Shown piece after piece: positions 42,222 through 53,921 of a DNA stretch of 58,736 nucleotides; within the stretch, counting starts at the first letter, position 1; each line of letters starts with the position of its first letter. Below the pieces are notes generated by a model. It had not been told where the DNA came from. It did no database searches and saw nothing but the letters and a program-made list of their open reading frames with translations. The DNA is from an uncultured Aquificales bacterium (GTDB taxonomy: Bacteria > Thermosulfidibacterota > Thermosulfidibacteria > Thermosulfidibacterales > Thermosulfidibacteraceae), in the NCBI GenBank assembly GCA_964453345.1, contig CAYVOC010000002.1, positions 27,424-86,159 on the forward strand, given 5' to 3'. Both the position numbers and the translations under genes were made by a program.

Positions 42222-43138
42222 CAAACCACCCCGCAGAGGATTAAGCCCACAACCACCCCCACCATCCCTCTGAAGAGCTGCACAAACATCCAGGCCCTCG
42301 CTCCCCTTTTCACCCCATACATGGCCGTATACCGGGGAAGAATATTTATCAAGCCTCTTATGGGAACGCCAAACACATAGCCCCAAACCATTCCAAGCAG
42401 CACCTTTCCCGGAGGAAGGCCAAGATCCATGAGCCTGCCGGCCACCACAGCCCCAGCCGCAAGATGAAGGGCGTGGGCCAAGGATATGGACATCACATCG
42501 GCGGAAAGACACCTCAAGGGGATCCTGGAAAGAAAGCCCTTTACAACATCCATAACTCCGAATTTAAAGAGAAAGTGGATTACAAAAAGGGAAGCCATGA
42601 CCACCGCAGAAACCCTCAAGGACATCCTCAAGGACTCCTTAAAGGCCTCCATGGCACTTTTGGGTTCAGGCGCCACCTCAGCAAGGTCAGACTTCACCGG
42701 CCTTCCAGAGCCGGCGCGCCTCATCCGGTAGAAGACGAGCATTCCCGTAAGAGAAACCACAAGGCTTATAGAGAGCTGGACGCAGAGGTAGGCAAGCCCC
42801 ACCCACCCCACCAGGGGAACCGTGATAGCGATAACAAGAGGGGCGAAGGAAAAGAAAACGGGAAAATTTATAAACATAAGCCCGGGGATAAGCTCCCTCT
42901 CATCTATCCTGCCCTCGTTCAGGACCAAAGCCAGGAGAGCCTCTCCCGCGAAACCTGCGACAAGGGAAGTGAAGAATATCAGCACAAACTCCCTCGGTAT
43001 CCCGAACCTGACAAAGACCGGAGAAAATCTGGACTCAAGCCACCCCGCTACACCCCTACCCTGAAGATAGCGGGACACAAAAAGACCACCCAAAAGTATG
43101 ACAAAAACCTCCAGCGGCACCTTCACAAAGTAGGGCAT
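42221..43138 (-). CDS. Membrane protein, nucleoside-recognition (Gate) domain-like
   Basis: Multi-[26 protein letters not shown]. Confidence 0.65.
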   Translation of the reverse strand: MPYFVKVPLEVFVILLGGLFVSRYLQGRGVAGWLESRFSPVFVRFGIPREFVLIFFTSLVAGFAGEALLALVLNEGRIDERELIPGLMFINFPVFFSFAPLVIAITVPLVGWVGLAYLCVQLSISLVVSLTGMLVFYRMRRAGSGRPVKSDLAEVAPEPKSAMEAFKESLRMSLRVSAVVMASLFVIHFLFKFGVMDVVKGFLSRIPLRCLSADVMSISLAHALHLAAGAVVAGRLMDLGLPPGKVLLGMVWGYVFGVPIRGLINILPRYTAMYGVKRGARAWMFVQLFRGMVGVVVGLILCGVV

Positions 43139-43214
43139 AACCCAAAGCTATCCCACAAACAAAAGAACAGTCAACATCTATACAAGTCCTCCCCAAAGCT
43201 GTATAAATAACGGC

Positions 43215-43670
43215 ATGAGGGCCGTGCTGCAGAGGGTGAACAAGTCCTGGGTCACCGTAGACGGCAGGATTGTTGGCGTTATACAGAAGGGGATCAACTG
43301 CCTTCTGGGCGTCGCCCACGGGGATACTGAAGAGGAAGCCCGCTGGCTGGCGGACAAAATCGTCAACCTGCGCATATTCGAAGACGAAAAGGGAAAAATG
43401 AACCTGTCCCTGCTCGATGTGGAGGGAGAACTCCTCGTCATCTCCCAGTTCACCCTGCTCGGGGACTGCATAAAGGGAAGAAGGCCCAGCTTCACAAGGG
43501 CCGCCCCTCCGGAGGAGGCCGAAAGGCTATACAACTACTTTGTTGACTACATAAAAGACAAATACAAGATAAAGGTTGAAACGGGTGTATTCAGGGCGCA
43601 CATGATGGTGTATATAGAAAACGACGGACCCGTAACACTCATTATAGACACGAAGGAGAAGTTCAAATGA
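43215..43670 (+). CDS. dtd: D-aminoacyl-tRNA deacylase
   Basis: [36 protein letters not shown]. Confidence 0.98.
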   Translation: MRAVLQRVNKSWVTVDGRIVGVIQKGINCLLGVAHGDTEEEARWLADKIVNLRIFEDEKGKMNLSLLDVEGELLVISQFTLLGDCIKGRRPSFTRAAPPEEAERLYNYFVDYIKDKYKIKVETGVFRAHMMVYIENDGPVTLIIDTKEKFK

Positions 43671-44314
43671 GAATTGAGACCGTTGTGGTAGGTCCCCTTG
43701 AGGTCAACTGCTACATCATTTGGGATGCGGAAACGAAAGAAGGAGCCGTAATAGATCCGGGGGCAGAAGGCAAAAGGATCATCCGCATTCTGGAGGTGGA
43801 GGGAATAACTCCCCTTTACATCATCAACACCCACGGCCATGTGGACCACATAGGAGCCAACAAGGACCTCAAGGAGGCCTTCCCCGAGGCAAAGCTGATT
43901 ATCCACCCCAAGGATATACCGCTTCTCGAAAACGCCATGAACTCCTTTATAGCCCCCATGGTAGGGGCAAAACCCTCGCCCGAACCCGATGAGACCTTCG
44001 AAGAGGGGGACACCGTAAAGTTCGGGAGCGTGGAGCTAAAGGTAATCCACACCCCGGGGCACACACCGGGATCCGTATGCCTCTACAACGAGGAAAAGGG
44101 GATTATGTTCACCGGAGACACCCTCTTTGCAGGATCCGTGGGCAGGGTGGATCTACCCATGGCCGAGCCGGAAAAGCTGATACCCTCAATAAAGGAGAAG
44201 ATCCTCATATATCCAGACGACACGGTGATTCTACCCGGACACGGGCCGGAAAGCACCATAGGACAGGAAAAGAGATACAACCCCTTTCTTAGAGGCTCAA
44301 TCATACTTTTCTAA
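43667..44314 (+). CDS. MBL-fold metallo-hydrolase (glyoxalase II-like)
   Basis: [30 protein letters not shown]. Confidence 0.93.
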   Translation: MRIETVVVGPLEVNCYIIWDAETKEGAVIDPGAEGKRIIRILEVEGITPLYIINTHGHVDHIGANKDLKEAFPEAKLIIHPKDIPLLENAMNSFIAPMVGAKPSPEPDETFEEGDTVKFGSVELKVIHTPGHTPGSVCLYNEEKGIMFTGDTLFAGSVGRVDLPMAEPEKLIPSIKEKILIYPDDTVILPGHGPESTIGQEKRYNPFLRGSIILF

Positions 44315-44331
44315 AGAAAGAAGAGGGAGCC

Positions 44332-44817
44332 ATGCAGGAAGAGAGGCTGGAAATATCCCATAAGAGAAGAATAACGAGGCTCATAGACCACATAGAAACC
44401 AGCATACAGATCCTCATAGCCTTCAGTCTGCTCCTCATCGCCCTTGCCCTTCTCATCCACACCATAATACACACCGTTCAACAGCTATCCACAGGGAAGA
44501 ATGTGATACACACCACCATAAAGGGGATTCAGGACATACTCTTAGTGATCATAATCCTCGAGATACTGTGGACGGTGGTGAGCTTCATAGAATCAAGCAC
44601 CATCCCCTTAGAACCCTTCCTCATAATAGCAATCATCTCAAGCGTCAGAGGCCTCATCCTTCAGAGCACCAAAACCATAGAAGCCACAGGGCATGAACTG
44701 AACCAGGTGATAATAGAGATCGGAATCCACGGATTATCCATTTTAGTGCTTGTGATAGCTCTATACATCCTGAGGAAAAGCAGGAAGTTTACCTCTCAAA
44801 CAGTTAAAAAGGGCTGA
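44332..44817 (+). CDS. PsiE-like membrane protein
   Basis: 4 [29 protein letters not shown]. Confidence 0.8.
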   Translation: MQEERLEISHKRRITRLIDHIETSIQILIAFSLLLIALALLIHTIIHTVQQLSTGKNVIHTTIKGIQDILLVIIILEILWTVVSFIESSTIPLEPFLIIAIISSVRGLILQSTKTIEATGHELNQVIIEIGIHGLSILVLVIALYILRKSRKFTSQTVKKG

Positions 44818-44844
44818 GGGAGGAAATCTCCCTCAGCCGGTTTA
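44806..44844. terminator. Bidirectional intrinsic terminator
   Basis: 11-bp stem GGCTGAGGGAG-GAAAT-CTCCCTCAGCC (44812-44838) between convergent genes. Confidence 0.85.
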
Positions 44845-44845
44845 C

Positions 44846-46177
44846 TCAAATCACCCCCTCTTCCTTCAACTCCTCCAGTTCCTTTTTGGCGTAGTTCATG
44901 AAGATCTTGTAGATGTATTCGTTATCGGCACCAACAGGGCGGCAGATCCACTTTACCCTGGGCGGGGTTTCCGTCATCTTCCAGGGCTGGGTGCATATCA
45001 CAAGCTCGCCATACACAGGATCGTTGAACTTAATGAGCGTTCCCCTCTCCCACCAGTTTTCCGTGTGCATGGCATCCCAGGCGGAAACCACCTTTCCGGG
45101 AACCACAACACCGCCCTTGCCGCTTTCCTTGGCCTCCTTGTTTGCCTTCATGACTATATCAAAGATCTCCTGATAGTTCTTATCCACCGTCCACTTCTCT
45201 ATCTCATGATAGGCGGCCTTCTGGTTCTCGAAGTTCAGCCTTTCAAAGACCGTTGGATACTTCTCCTTCAGATCCGGACGCTCTATAATTTCACACAGCA
45301 AGGCCCAGTTGGGATCGGCAAAACCGGACAGGAAGCAGTATCCATCCTTGCACTTAAAGTAAGTGTAGCAGAAAACTCCCGCATCAAGGTTTCCAACCCT
45401 CTCCACATTCTCTCCGTAAACCTGGTAATAGGTCAGGTTGTAATTTATCATTCTGCCGTATGCCTCAGCGGGAGAAAGATCTATCATCTGTCCCTTACCG
45501 GTCTTGTGCCTGTAGTGAAGGGCCACCAGTATGGCGAAGGCGGCGTAGGCACCACCCGCATACCAGCCCATCCAGTTGCCCTGCTTTGTGGGAACCTCCC
45601 ACTCCTTGGGATCGCTCGGATCCTCCACATACTCTCCGGAAACATAGGTGATACCGCTCATGGCCTGGTCAATCACATCAACATCGGCCTTGTTGCATGC
45701 GGCCTTTGGTCCAAACTGTCCGTAGGTGTATATGGCGCAGTAGATAAGACCGGGATTCTCCTCCCTCAACTGTCTGTAACCTATACCCCACTCATCCATC
45801 GTTCCGGGAAGGAAGCTCTCTATAACCACATCCACCTTCTTGGCAAGCTTTTTGAAGATTTCCCTTCCCTTCTCGGTCTCAAGGTTGAGGGTTATGTGAT
45901 ACTTGTTCCTGCCCTCATTCAAATACCCGAGACCCTCTCCCTTGTGGGTAACCCCGAAGGGAGTGAACTTTCTGGCCGGATCCCCCTCGGGCGGCTCTAT
46001 CTTTATAACATTGGCCCCAAGCTCCGCCAGAATGGAGGAGCAGAAGGCACCGGCTATATTCGCACAGGAACAGTCTATAACCCACAGATCATCCAGGGCC
46101 TCTGGCTTACGCCAGGCCTCCCTCGGATCGTCATGCTCCCTTATCCAATCTGCCCAAGGCTTTTTGATCTCAGTCAT
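44846..46177 (-). CDS. Family III (CaiB/BaiF) CoA-transferase, type B subunit (catalytic Asp replaced by Trp)
   Basis: [38 protein letters not shown] at the Asp position. Confidence 0.9.
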   Translation of the reverse strand: MTEIKKPWADWIREHDDPREAWRKPEALDDLWVIDCSCANIAGAFCSSILAELGANVIKIEPPEGDPARKFTPFGVTHKGEGLGYLNEGRNKYHITLNLETEKGREIFKKLAKKVDVVIESFLPGTMDEWGIGYRQLREENPGLIYCAIYTYGQFGPKAACNKADVDVIDQAMSGITYVSGEYVEDPSDPKEWEVPTKQGNWMGWYAGGAYAAFAILVALHYRHKTGKGQMIDLSPAEAYGRMINYNLTYYQVYGENVERVGNLDAGVFCYTYFKCKDGYCFLSGFADPNWALLCEIIERPDLKEKYPTVFERLNFENQKAAYHEIEKWTVDKNYQEIFDIVMKANKEAKESGKGGVVVPGKVVSAWDAMHTENWWERGTLIKFNDPVYGELVICTQPWKMTETPPRVKWICRPVGADNEYIYKIFMNYAKKELEELKEEGVI

Positions 46178-46201
46178 CCTTCCATACCTCCCAACCTGTT
46201 T

Positions 46202-47542
46202 TTAGGGATAAAGGACTCCAGATTTGCCATCCCAATCTTCAGGCGGCTTTCTTCCCGGCATATCGTTCCACTTGCCTATAATGCCCTTCTCCTCCAGCTC
46301 CTTGATCCTATCCCAGCTCAAACCAAGGAACTTGGTGAGGACATAGTAGGTGTCAAAGCCCACGGGTCTTCCGGCCCACTTGATCCTTCCGGGAGTCTCA
46401 CTGAGCTTTGGAGCAACCCCTTCAAGGTAAAACTCTCCATAAATGGGATCCTTAACCAGCCACTTAAAGCCGCGCACCTCAAAGTGGGGATCGGTGTATA
46501 TGTCCTTGGCGCTGTGGACCTTCTCAGCGCCAAACCCGTATTTCTGGGCCAGTTTATCAATGTCGGGCCACACCAGGCTTGCCACCCACTCCTTCACTAT
46601 CTTGAGCAACTCCTCGGCATTCTCAGGCTTTGTCCTTTCAATGTTCGTGGCAAACCTGGGATCGTCGGCAAGCTCAGGCCTGCCCATTGCCTGGCACAGG
46701 CCCCTGAACTGCTCATCGGTGGCGCAACCTATGGCAACGAACTCCTTGTCCTTGGAGAGGAAGATATCGCTGGGGCATATGGCCACATCCCTGTTCCCGT
46801 ATCTGTCCCTGGGTTTTCCGGTAAGGTGCTGGTAGATCCAGGTCCAGTCCATTGCCCTCATGATATTTTCGGCCTGGGACAGCTCTATATACTGACCCTT
46901 GCCGGTCTTCTCCCTGTAGTGAAGGGCCGCAAGCACACCCACAGCCGCCATTATTCCGCCGTAAAAATCACACAGCCAGATCCCCGATTTCATGGGAAGC
47001 CTTCCGGGGAAACCGGAAATCCAGGCCTCTCCCGACTCAGACTGAGCAATGGCATCGTAGGAAGGCCTGTCAACATAGGGTCCCCACTGACCGAATCCGT
47101 TGTTGGCAATGTAGATGAGCTGAGGGTTGATCTCCTTCATCTGGCGGTATCCTATGCCCCACCTGTCCAAGGTTCCCGCCCTCAAGTTCTCCACGAAGAC
47201 ATCCGCCCTTCTTATAAGCTCCATGAAGATCTCTTTGCCCTCATCGTAGTGCAGATCCAGGCCAATACTGTATTTGTTCCTGGCCACCTTGATAAAACCG
47301 ATGGCCTGATTCTTGTAGAAGCGTCCCCAGGGGGTAAGGGACCTCATGGTGTCGCCCATGCCGGGCATCTCGATCTTTATCACCTTGGCCCCGAACTCCG
47401 CGAGCAACCCGGGGGTTTCGGGACCAAGGATGAGGGTGCAGAACTCAACAACAGTGATATCGTCCAGAGCCTCCGGCTTTTCAAACACCTTCTCAATAGA
47501 AAACTCCTGCTCAGCCCATTTCAGGAAATCTTCCTGTGCCAT
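46202..47542 (-). CDS. Family III (CaiB/BaiF) CoA-transferase, type A subunit (catalytic Asp present)
   Basis: [45 protein letters not shown] 47542 behind GGAGG. Confidence 0.92.
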   Translation of the reverse strand: MAQEDFLKWAEQEFSIEKVFEKPEALDDITVVEFCTLILGPETPGLLAEFGAKVIKIEMPGMGDTMRSLTPWGRFYKNQAIGFIKVARNKYSIGLDLHYDEGKEIFMELIRRADVFVENLRAGTLDRWGIGYRQMKEINPQLIYIANNGFGQWGPYVDRPSYDAIAQSESGEAWISGFPGRLPMKSGIWLCDFYGGIMAAVGVLAALHYREKTGKGQYIELSQAENIMRAMDWTWIYQHLTGKPRDRYGNRDVAICPSDIFLSKDKEFVAIGCATDEQFRGLCQAMGRPELADDPRFATNIERTKPENAEELLKIVKEWVASLVWPDIDKLAQKYGFGAEKVHSAKDIYTDPHFEVRGFKWLVKDPIYGEFYLEGVAPKLSETPGRIKWAGRPVGFDTYYVLTKFLGLSWDRIKELEEKGIIGKWNDMPGRKPPEDWDGKSGVLYP

Positions 47543-47574
47543 AAGTTTTCCTCCCTTGGCTGTTTTTCGGAAGT

Positions 47575-47606
47575 TTAATAAAATCAAACGGGCATTATTT
47601 TGTCAA
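47575..47606 (-). promoter_or_regulatory. Possible sigma-70 promoter for the second CoA-transferase pair
   Basis: TTGACA (47606-47601) with AT-rich TTTTATTAA at about 17-nt spacing. Confidence 0.45.
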
Positions 47607-47634
47607 GAACAGGGCTTAAAAATTTTTGCAATTC

Positions 47635-48987
47635 TCAAATAACCCCGGACTCCTTCAACTCTCTGAGTCTGGTCGGCCCGTATCCTAACAGTTTTTTATA
47701 TACAAATTGGTTGTCTGCACCCACGGGCCTGCACACCCACTTTACCCTGCCCGGCGTTCTGGACATGGCGTGGAAGGAGGAATCCTGAATCAACACTTTG
47801 CCGTAGTGGGGATCCTCCACTTCAATAAAGGTCTTCCTGATCCTCCAGTGCTCCCTTTCAAGGACATCCTTAGGCTCCTCAAGTCTTCCGGTGACAACCG
47901 TTCCCTTCTTATCAGGACGCCTGCTGTATTCGGTTATTATCTCCAGAAGCTCATCGGAGGTGTGGTTCTGGGTCCACTTCTCTATCTCGTGTTGGATCTT
48001 GGGCTGATTCTCAGGCGTCAATCTTTCCTTAATAGTGGGGAACCGCTCCTTCAAATCGGGCCTGTTCATAATCTCACACAGAGCAGTCCAGTTGGGATCG
48101 GTAAAGCCTGAAATGAAGGCGTATCCATCCTTGCACCTGAAATAGGAATAGGGGAAGACCGCGTAATCGTAGTTTCCGGCCCTGACCATCTTCCTTCCGG
48201 TCATGTGATAAAACTGGAAGAGGTAGTTTGCTATGGAGAAGAGTCCCTCAGGAGGCGAACAGTCTATAAACTGGCCCTTACCGAACCTATACCTGTGGAA
48301 CAGGGCAAGGTTTATGCCAAAGGCGGCCCAGGCGCCCGCAACATACCAGCCCATCCAGTTGCCATGCTTCAGGGGCCTTTTATACTCCTCTGGCACCTCC
48401 GGATCCAGCTCAGGCTCACCCGTAACGGACATTATAACGCCCCTTGCCTGATCATTCAGATCGTAATCGGGCTGGTTGGAGTGCTTTTCAGATTCACAGC
48501 CGAAATGCCCGTAGGTGTGAATGGCGCAGTATATGAGCTTGGGGTTTATCTTATTTAAAACATCGTAACCCAGCCCGAGAGAATGCATATAGCCCGGCTT
48601 GAAGGTCTCTATCAAAACATCGGCTTTAAGAACGAGCTTTTTGAAGATCTCCCTTCCCTCTTGGGTCTCAAGATTGAGGGTGATGTGATACTTGTTTCTG
48701 CCCTCAACTATGTAGGGAAGGCCGGCGTCCTTTATCATCATGCCATAGGGGGTCATCTTCCTCGCTATATCGCCACCGGGGGGCTCTATCCTTATAACCT
48801 CTGCCCCCAGCTCCGCCAGAATGGAGGAGCAGAAAAGCCCCGCAAAGCTGCCGTAGCTTACATCCAGAACGGTGATGTCGCTGAGGGCTTCAGGTTTGTA
48901 GGGTATATCCTCGGGCTTTGTTATGCTGTATATAAACTTTGCATAATCCTCGTTTATTGCCATTCCCACGATCTTCTTCTCATCCAT
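47635..48987 (-). CDS. Family III (CaiB/BaiF) CoA-transferase, type B subunit (catalytic Asp replaced by Trp)
   Basis: Close paralog of 44846..46177; GNWMGWY at the Asp position. Confidence 0.9.
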   Translation of the reverse strand: MDEKKIVGMAINEDYAKFIYSITKPEDIPYKPEALSDITVLDVSYGSFAGLFCSSILAELGAEVIRIEPPGGDIARKMTPYGMMIKDAGLPYIVEGRNKYHITLNLETQEGREIFKKLVLKADVLIETFKPGYMHSLGLGYDVLNKINPKLIYCAIHTYGHFGCESEKHSNQPDYDLNDQARGVIMSVTGEPELDPEVPEEYKRPLKHGNWMGWYVAGAWAAFGINLALFHRYRFGKGQFIDCSPPEGLFSIANYLFQFYHMTGRKMVRAGNYDYAVFPYSYFRCKDGYAFISGFTDPNWTALCEIMNRPDLKERFPTIKERLTPENQPKIQHEIEKWTQNHTSDELLEIITEYSRRPDKKGTVVTGRLEEPKDVLEREHWRIRKTFIEVEDPHYGKVLIQDSSFHAMSRTPGRVKWVCRPVGADNQFVYKKLLGYGPTRLRELKESGVI

Positions 48988-49014
48988 CTTCCCACCTCCA
49001 AGATCTTGCTAAAA

Positions 49015-50349
49015 TTAAGGATACTTTACTCCAGATTTGCCGTCCCAGTCGGGAGGCGGACAGGTTGAGGGGATATTGGGGTTCCACTTAAATATAACCC
49101 CCTCTTGCTCCAGCCTTTTCACCTCTTCCAGGGGAAGCCCCAGGATATTCACGAATACATACTCGTTATCAAAGCCCACGGGCCTTGCACCCCACTTAAC
49201 GCGGCTGGGGGTCTGGCTCATCCTCGGAGGATAGGCCTGCTCCTTGAAGAAGCCGTAAACCTCGTCCTCATACTCCTGAATGGCCTTTCTCTCGTTGAAG
49301 TGCTCAGAATGATAGACGTCATCCACCTCAAGGACCCTGGTGGCGGCAAACCCGTATTTGTCAGCAAGCCTTATGATATACTCAGAACTCTTATCCTTAA
49401 CCCAGTCGGCTATCTCCTTCAGAAGGGCCCTGGCGTTCTCGTCCTTGAGCCTCTCAAGGGGATCCTTATACTTCTCAAACAGGTCCATTCTACCCATGGC
49501 CTTACACAGGCCCTCAAACTCCTCTTCGGTGAATGCGGTTATGGCAACCCAGCCATCGGCGCAGTCAAAAAGATCCGAGGGGCATATGGCGAGATCCCTG
49601 TTTCCAGCGCGGGGCCTGTTCTTACCCGTGAGATAGACGTATAACCAGGTCCAGTCCAGCATCCTTATAACGTTCTCCACCTGCTGCATATCTATGAACT
49701 GTCCCTCTCCCGTCTTTTCCCTGTAGTTCAGAGCGGCCACTATGGCCACCGCACACATCAAACCGTTTATCCAGTCTGCAATCCAGACACCGCTCTTTAT
49801 GGGCCCCCTATCCTCAAACCCTGTTATATAAGCCAAGCCTCCCATGGACTGGGCGATGGCGTCATAGGACGTCCTTCCCGTCCAAGGGCCCCAGCTCCCG
49901 AAACCGGACACGTGAAGATACACGATTCTGGGGTTAACCTCCCTCAGGACGCTGTAATCCACCCCCCACTGGGCCATCCTTCCGGGGGTGAGGTTGTCCA
50001 CCACCACATCTGCCTTCTCCACAAACTTCAAAAACAGCTCCTTCGCCTTGGGATGGCCAAGGTGCATGCCCACCCAGTAGCGGTTGTGCTGCTGCTCCCA
50101 CAAACCGGGGGACATATTCTTCCAGAAGTAAGCAAAAGGAGTAACAAAACGCATCTGATCCCCATGGGCGGGCTCAAACTTTATAACCTCAGCCCCGAAC
50201 TCCGCCAAAAAATCAACCGCAGCCGGTCCAAGAACAACGGCCGTGACATCAAGGACCCTGATGCCCTTCAAAACCTCCGGTTTTTCAAACAGCTTCTCCG
50301 GATCAAAAAGATTCCTAATAAGTTCTTGATAAGATGAAGCTTGTTTCAT
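49015..50349 (-). CDS. Family III (CaiB/BaiF) CoA-transferase, type A subunit (catalytic Asp present)
   Basis: [27 protein letters not shown]; close paralog of 46202..47542 (shared C-terminus [12 protein letters not shown]). Confidence 0.92.
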   Translation of the reverse strand: MKQASSYQELIRNLFDPEKLFEKPEVLKGIRVLDVTAVVLGPAAVDFLAEFGAEVIKFEPAHGDQMRFVTPFAYFWKNMSPGLWEQQHNRYWVGMHLGHPKAKELFLKFVEKADVVVDNLTPGRMAQWGVDYSVLREVNPRIVYLHVSGFGSWGPWTGRTSYDAIAQSMGGLAYITGFEDRGPIKSGVWIADWINGLMCAVAIVAALNYREKTGEGQFIDMQQVENVIRMLDWTWLYVYLTGKNRPRAGNRDLAICPSDLFDCADGWVAITAFTEEEFEGLCKAMGRMDLFEKYKDPLERLKDENARALLKEIADWVKDKSSEYIIRLADKYGFAATRVLEVDDVYHSEHFNERKAIQEYEDEVYGFFKEQAYPPRMSQTPSRVKWGARPVGFDNEYVFVNILGLPLEEVKRLEQEGVIFKWNPNIPSTCPPPDWDGKSGVKYP

Positions 50350-50387
50350 GGATCACCTCCCAGAAACTACAGAGATGTAGATTGAAA

Positions 50388-50418
50388 AATTTATTACATT
50401 GGGTTCTACTTCTGTCAA
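50388..50418 (-). promoter_or_regulatory. Possible sigma-70 promoter for the first CoA-transferase pair
   Basis: TTGACA (50418-50413) followed by AT-rich TAATAAATT in the -10 region. Confidence 0.45.
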
Positions 50419-50462
50419 GGACAATCAGAAAAGGCAGGGTTTAGTGAGACTTAACAAAGAAC

Positions 50463-50498
50463 AAAAATAAATAAAAACGGGGCGGTTTTACCCGCCCC
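50463..50498 (-). terminator. Intrinsic terminator after the abfD-like gene
   Basis: Stem GGGGCGG/CCGCCCC (50479-50498) followed by a long T-rich tract on the minus strand. Confidence 0.8.
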
Positions 50499-50506
50499 AA
50501 AAATTT

Positions 50507-51934
50507 CTAACCAAGGTTTAATAAATCTCTAACCAGTTTCACCTTCTCCTCAACGTTGGCGAGGCGCTTGATGAAGAGGTTGGGTGTTATGGGGGAGCCG
50601 CCACCGTGCACCGCTCCTCCCTCGTGGGGACCGGCAACCCAGTATTCTATGAACTTTATCACCTTCATACGGGCTTCCGTGGGCACATCCGACCTTCCCT
50701 TGAGATAATGTTCTATGTATTTGCCTATCTCCGGATTCTTCAAATCTCTTTCGGAGGGGCAGGTGACGCATATACCGCCCGCAATATCCGCAAGATAAAC
50801 GATGGCGTCCCCGATGGCGGTGAAGCCCAGAATCTTTGAAACATTTGAATAGAGTCCATCGGGAAGCCATACACCGGAGGAAGTCTGCTTGGCCTCATAC
50901 CCCGCAGCCAAGGCGCAGGCGTAGCATCCCTCACAGCCCCTTATCATCTCGGTGATCTTGGCCTGTATATGCGAAGCATTGGGGACCCCATTATAGTCAG
51001 CCATAAGCTCCGCAGCACCGATTATTGTGTCTATGAAGCCCGCCTTACAGCCAGAGCCAACGTATCTGTGTATATTGGCAAAGTTGCCCACAAGGGGCGC
51101 GGCAAACTTATACTCCTCACACATGAAAACCCGCTCCCAGGGGATGAAAACATTGTCAAAAATCATAAGGCATGTGCCCCTGACGCCGTAGGGGTTGCCA
51201 AACTCCCACTCTCCATCCTCCCTTCTCTTTGCCTCAAAGGCGTTGTTCTGCATCACATAGATAAGCCCCTCGGCACCCGCCTCCACGGCAAAGGCAACAG
51301 CATAAGCCTTATCCTCCTCCTTCAAAGCAATGGTAGGCATAACAATAGTCTCATCCGCAGCCACAGCCCCGGACTGATGGGCCTTGGCGCCCCTCACCAC
51401 AATTCCGTCGGAGCGCTTCTCCACTATCTTCAGATACATGTCGTCCTGCTCGTGGGGCTTCTTGCTCCTGTCCCCCTTCACATCGGTGAGGGCACCGGAA
51501 AGGGCAAGGTCGTTCTTCTGGGCATACTTTATGTATTCCACAAGCCTCTTGTGGTATTCGGTTCCGAGCTGCTTATCCATCTCATAGGTGACGGTGTAGA
51601 GGGCGTTAAGGGCATCGGAGCCCACACACCTGTAGTTGCAGGTGGCAAGCCTCTGGCTGTAAAAACGGGCAAGCTTCAATCTTGCAAGCAGATCCTCCTT
51701 GGTGGTGTAAATATGCAGGAACCTGTTGACGGGCTCGTCTATAAACTGGGAGTGGGCGGTCGTCAGATCCTTATACTCATCGTGAAGGGCAAGCTCGTAG
51801 GTCAAGCCTATGGAGTCAACTATGGGCTTGATATTTGGATGATTCACAAAATCTGAAACCTTTTCCCCGTTTACATAAACCTTCAGCTGTTTTTTTGATA
51901 ACCTCTCCACGTATTGCTCTTTTGTGATTAACAT
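50507..51934 (-). CDS. 4-hydroxybutyryl-CoA dehydratase (AbfD)/HpaB-family FAD and [4Fe-4S] protein
   Basis: CNYRC and H-x6-C (HRYVGSGC) Fe-S ligands, [32 protein letters not shown]. Confidence 0.88.
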   Translation of the reverse strand: MLITKEQYVERLSKKQLKVYVNGEKVSDFVNHPNIKPIVDSIGLTYELALHDEYKDLTTAHSQFIDEPVNRFLHIYTTKEDLLARLKLARFYSQRLATCNYRCVGSDALNALYTVTYEMDKQLGTEYHKRLVEYIKYAQKNDLALSGALTDVKGDRSKKPHEQDDMYLKIVEKRSDGIVVRGAKAHQSGAVAADETIVMPTIALKEEDKAYAVAFAVEAGAEGLIYVMQNNAFEAKRREDGEWEFGNPYGVRGTCLMIFDNVFIPWERVFMCEEYKFAAPLVGNFANIHRYVGSGCKAGFIDTIIGAAELMADYNGVPNASHIQAKITEMIRGCEGCYACALAAGYEAKQTSSGVWLPDGLYSNVSKILGFTAIGDAIVYLADIAGGICVTCPSERDLKNPEIGKYIEHYLKGRSDVPTEARMKVIKFIEYWVAGPHEGGAVHGGGSPITPNLFIKRLANVEEKVKLVRDLLNLG

Positions 51935-51950
51935 CTTCCAACCTCCCTTA

Positions 51951-51979
51951 TTGATTTTTAATTATACTAACCGTATAAT
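51951..51979. promoter_or_regulatory. Promoter and candidate MarR operator between the abfD-like gene and marR
   Basis: Plus strand TTGATT-N17-TATAAT; palindrome ATTATAC-N5-GTATAAT (51961-51979) carrying TATAAT on both strands. Confidence 0.7.
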
Positions 51980-52031
51980 ATCCAAAAGATCAAGTTTTCA
52001 AAAACGCAGAATATTTCATTCGGAGGAAGAA

Positions 52032-52469
52032 ATGCAGCAGACGAACCCGGCCGTTGAGGAAATCATACTGGGTATGAGAAACATGCGTCCATACATAAGA
52101 AAACTTTTCTCCTATGCCACAGACATGGCGGATGCTGAAATGCTTATTCTTTCACTGCTTTACAACTCACCGGACGGTAAGATGCTGTTAAGTCAGCTGC
52201 ACAACGAACTTGTCCCGGTAAGGGCAAGCAAACTCACCAACATCACCAACAAGCTTGAAGACAAGGGATACATAAAGAAGCAGCGCCTGAAGAGCGACAG
52301 GAGAAAGGTGATCATATCCATCACCCCCAAGGGCAGACACGCCTACGAAAAGTTTGAGGACGCCTTAAGAGAGGTGATCTCGAAAAACATTGACAGGCTA
52401 ACCGACGAGGAAAAGGAGACCCTTAAGAGGAGCTTCGTCATCTGGACAAAGCTCCTTGAGAACGTGTAG
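52032..52469 (+). CDS. MarR-family transcriptional regulator
   Basis: [25 protein letters not shown] wing motif; ATG 52032 behind GGAGG. Confidence 0.92.
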   Translation: MQQTNPAVEEIILGMRNMRPYIRKLFSYATDMADAEMLILSLLYNSPDGKMLLSQLHNELVPVRASKLTNITNKLEDKGYIKKQRLKSDRRKVIISITPKGRHAYEKFEDALREVISKNIDRLTDEEKETLKRSFVIWTKLLENV

Positions 52470-52543
52470 TTTTTAATCTGATACCTTATTGACACGATCA
52501 CCCCTGGATTGTATTAGGCTTTGCACAGCTTGAGGGGTGAGGT

Positions 52544-53908
52544 ATGTTTGAGGCACTATCCGACAGATTACAAAAGGTTCTGGGAAAGGCCGGTAGAAAG
52601 AGTAGGCTTTCGGCTTCGGAGATAGATGCAGTCCTCAGGGAAGTGAGGATTGCCCTGCTCGAAGCAGACGTCAACGTTCAGGTCGTCCGTTCCGTTGTAG
52701 AGGAGCTGAAGGGCGAGCTACTGGGCCAGGAGGTTTCAGAAGCCCTCACCCCCGCACAGCAGGTGGTAAAGTCCGTCCACGAAAAGCTCGTTCAGCTCCT
52801 CGGGGAGAAGCACGAGCCTTTAAACTTGAGCGGCACACCCCCGGTTGCGGTGATGCTCGTGGGACTGCAGGGTTCCGGTAAGACCACCACCGCAGCCAAG
52901 CTCGCAAGGATGCTGAAATCCCAGGGCAGACATCCCATGCTCGTTGCCGCAGATATATACAGACCTGCGGCCATAGACCAGCTTAAGGTCCTGGGCAACG
53001 AGGTGGGGGTTCCCGTTTTCCACATAGAAAAGGATCCTGTTGAGATATCAATGGAAGCCCTGAAAACGGCCAAATCCTTAGGAAACGATGTGGTGATTAT
53101 AGATACCGCCGGTAGATTGCACATAGACGAAGAGATGATGGCGGAGCTTGAGAGGATAAAGGCGGCGGTTAACCCCGCCGAGGTCCTGCTTGTTGTTGAC
53201 GCCATGACCGGTCAGGAAGCCGTCAATGTGGCGAAAACCTTCGACGAGAGGGTTGGAATAACAGGGGTCATACTCACCAAGATGGACGGCGACGCCAGAG
53301 GCGGTGCGGCCCTGTCCATAAAGAGGGTGGTGGGCAAACCCATAAAGTATGTGGGAACCGGGGAGAAACTCGACGGGCTTGAACCCTTCCATCCGGACAG
53401 AGTCGCCAACCGCATACTCGGCATGGGAGACCTCCTGTCCCTGATAGAGAAGGCCCAGAAGGCCTTTGACGAAAAGAAGGCCGCCGAGATGGAGCGGCGC
53501 CTGCTCGAAGGGGAGTTCACCCTTGAGGATATGAGGGAACAGCTCAGGGCCTTGAGAAACATGGGATCCATAGAAAGCATTCTCGATATGATTCCCGGTA
53601 TGGGTGGATTGAAGCAGGCGCTTAAAGGGGCAAGGATAAACGAGAAAGAGCTGATACACATGGAAGCTGTGATAAACTCCATGACCCCGGAGGAGAGACG
53701 CAATCCATCCATCATCAACTCAAGCCGCAAAAGGCGCATAGCAAAAGGCTCCGGCACCAGCGTCCAGATGGTGAACAGGGTTCTCAAGCAGTATCAACAG
53801 ATGAAAAAGATGATGAAGGGCTTGAAAAAGGGCAAAAAAGGAAAGAAAAAGATTATGGGATTGCCCTTTGGCGGCATGAACTTTGATATCACAAAAATGC
53901 TTCACTAA
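52544..53908 (+). CDS. ffh: Signal recognition particle protein
   Basis: [38 protein letters not shown], Met-rich M domain. Confidence 0.99.
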   Translation: MFEALSDRLQKVLGKAGRKSRLSASEIDAVLREVRIALLEADVNVQVVRSVVEELKGELLGQEVSEALTPAQQVVKSVHEKLVQLLGEKHEPLNLSGTPPVAVMLVGLQGSGKTTTAAKLARMLKSQGRHPMLVAADIYRPAAIDQLKVLGNEVGVPVFHIEKDPVEISMEALKTAKSLGNDVVIIDTAGRLHIDEEMMAELERIKAAVNPAEVLLVVDAMTGQEAVNVAKTFDERVGITGVILTKMDGDARGGAALSIKRVVGKPIKYVGTGEKLDGLEPFHPDRVANRILGMGDLLSLIEKAQKAFDEKKAAEMERRLLEGEFTLEDMREQLRALRNMGSIESILDMIPGMGGLKQALKGARINEKELIHMEAVINSMTPEERRNPSIINSSRKRRIAKGSGTSVQMVNRVLKQYQQMKKMMKGLKKGKKGKKKIMGLPFGGMNFDITKMLH

Positions 53909-53921
53909 AGGGGGTGATTGA

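Noticed and set aside
43139-43192. Upstream GGAGG and in-frame ATG (43177) separated from the Gate-domain gene by a TAG at 43148-43150 (possible amber readthrough)
   Set aside because: The protein looks complete from ATG 43138, and no pyrrolysine machinery is visible in the window; likely chance
45065-47578. 837-aa plus-strand ORF antisense to two CoA-transferase genes
   Set aside because: No recognizable motifs; fully overlaps well-conserved minus-strand genes; consistent with a codon-bias shadow ORF
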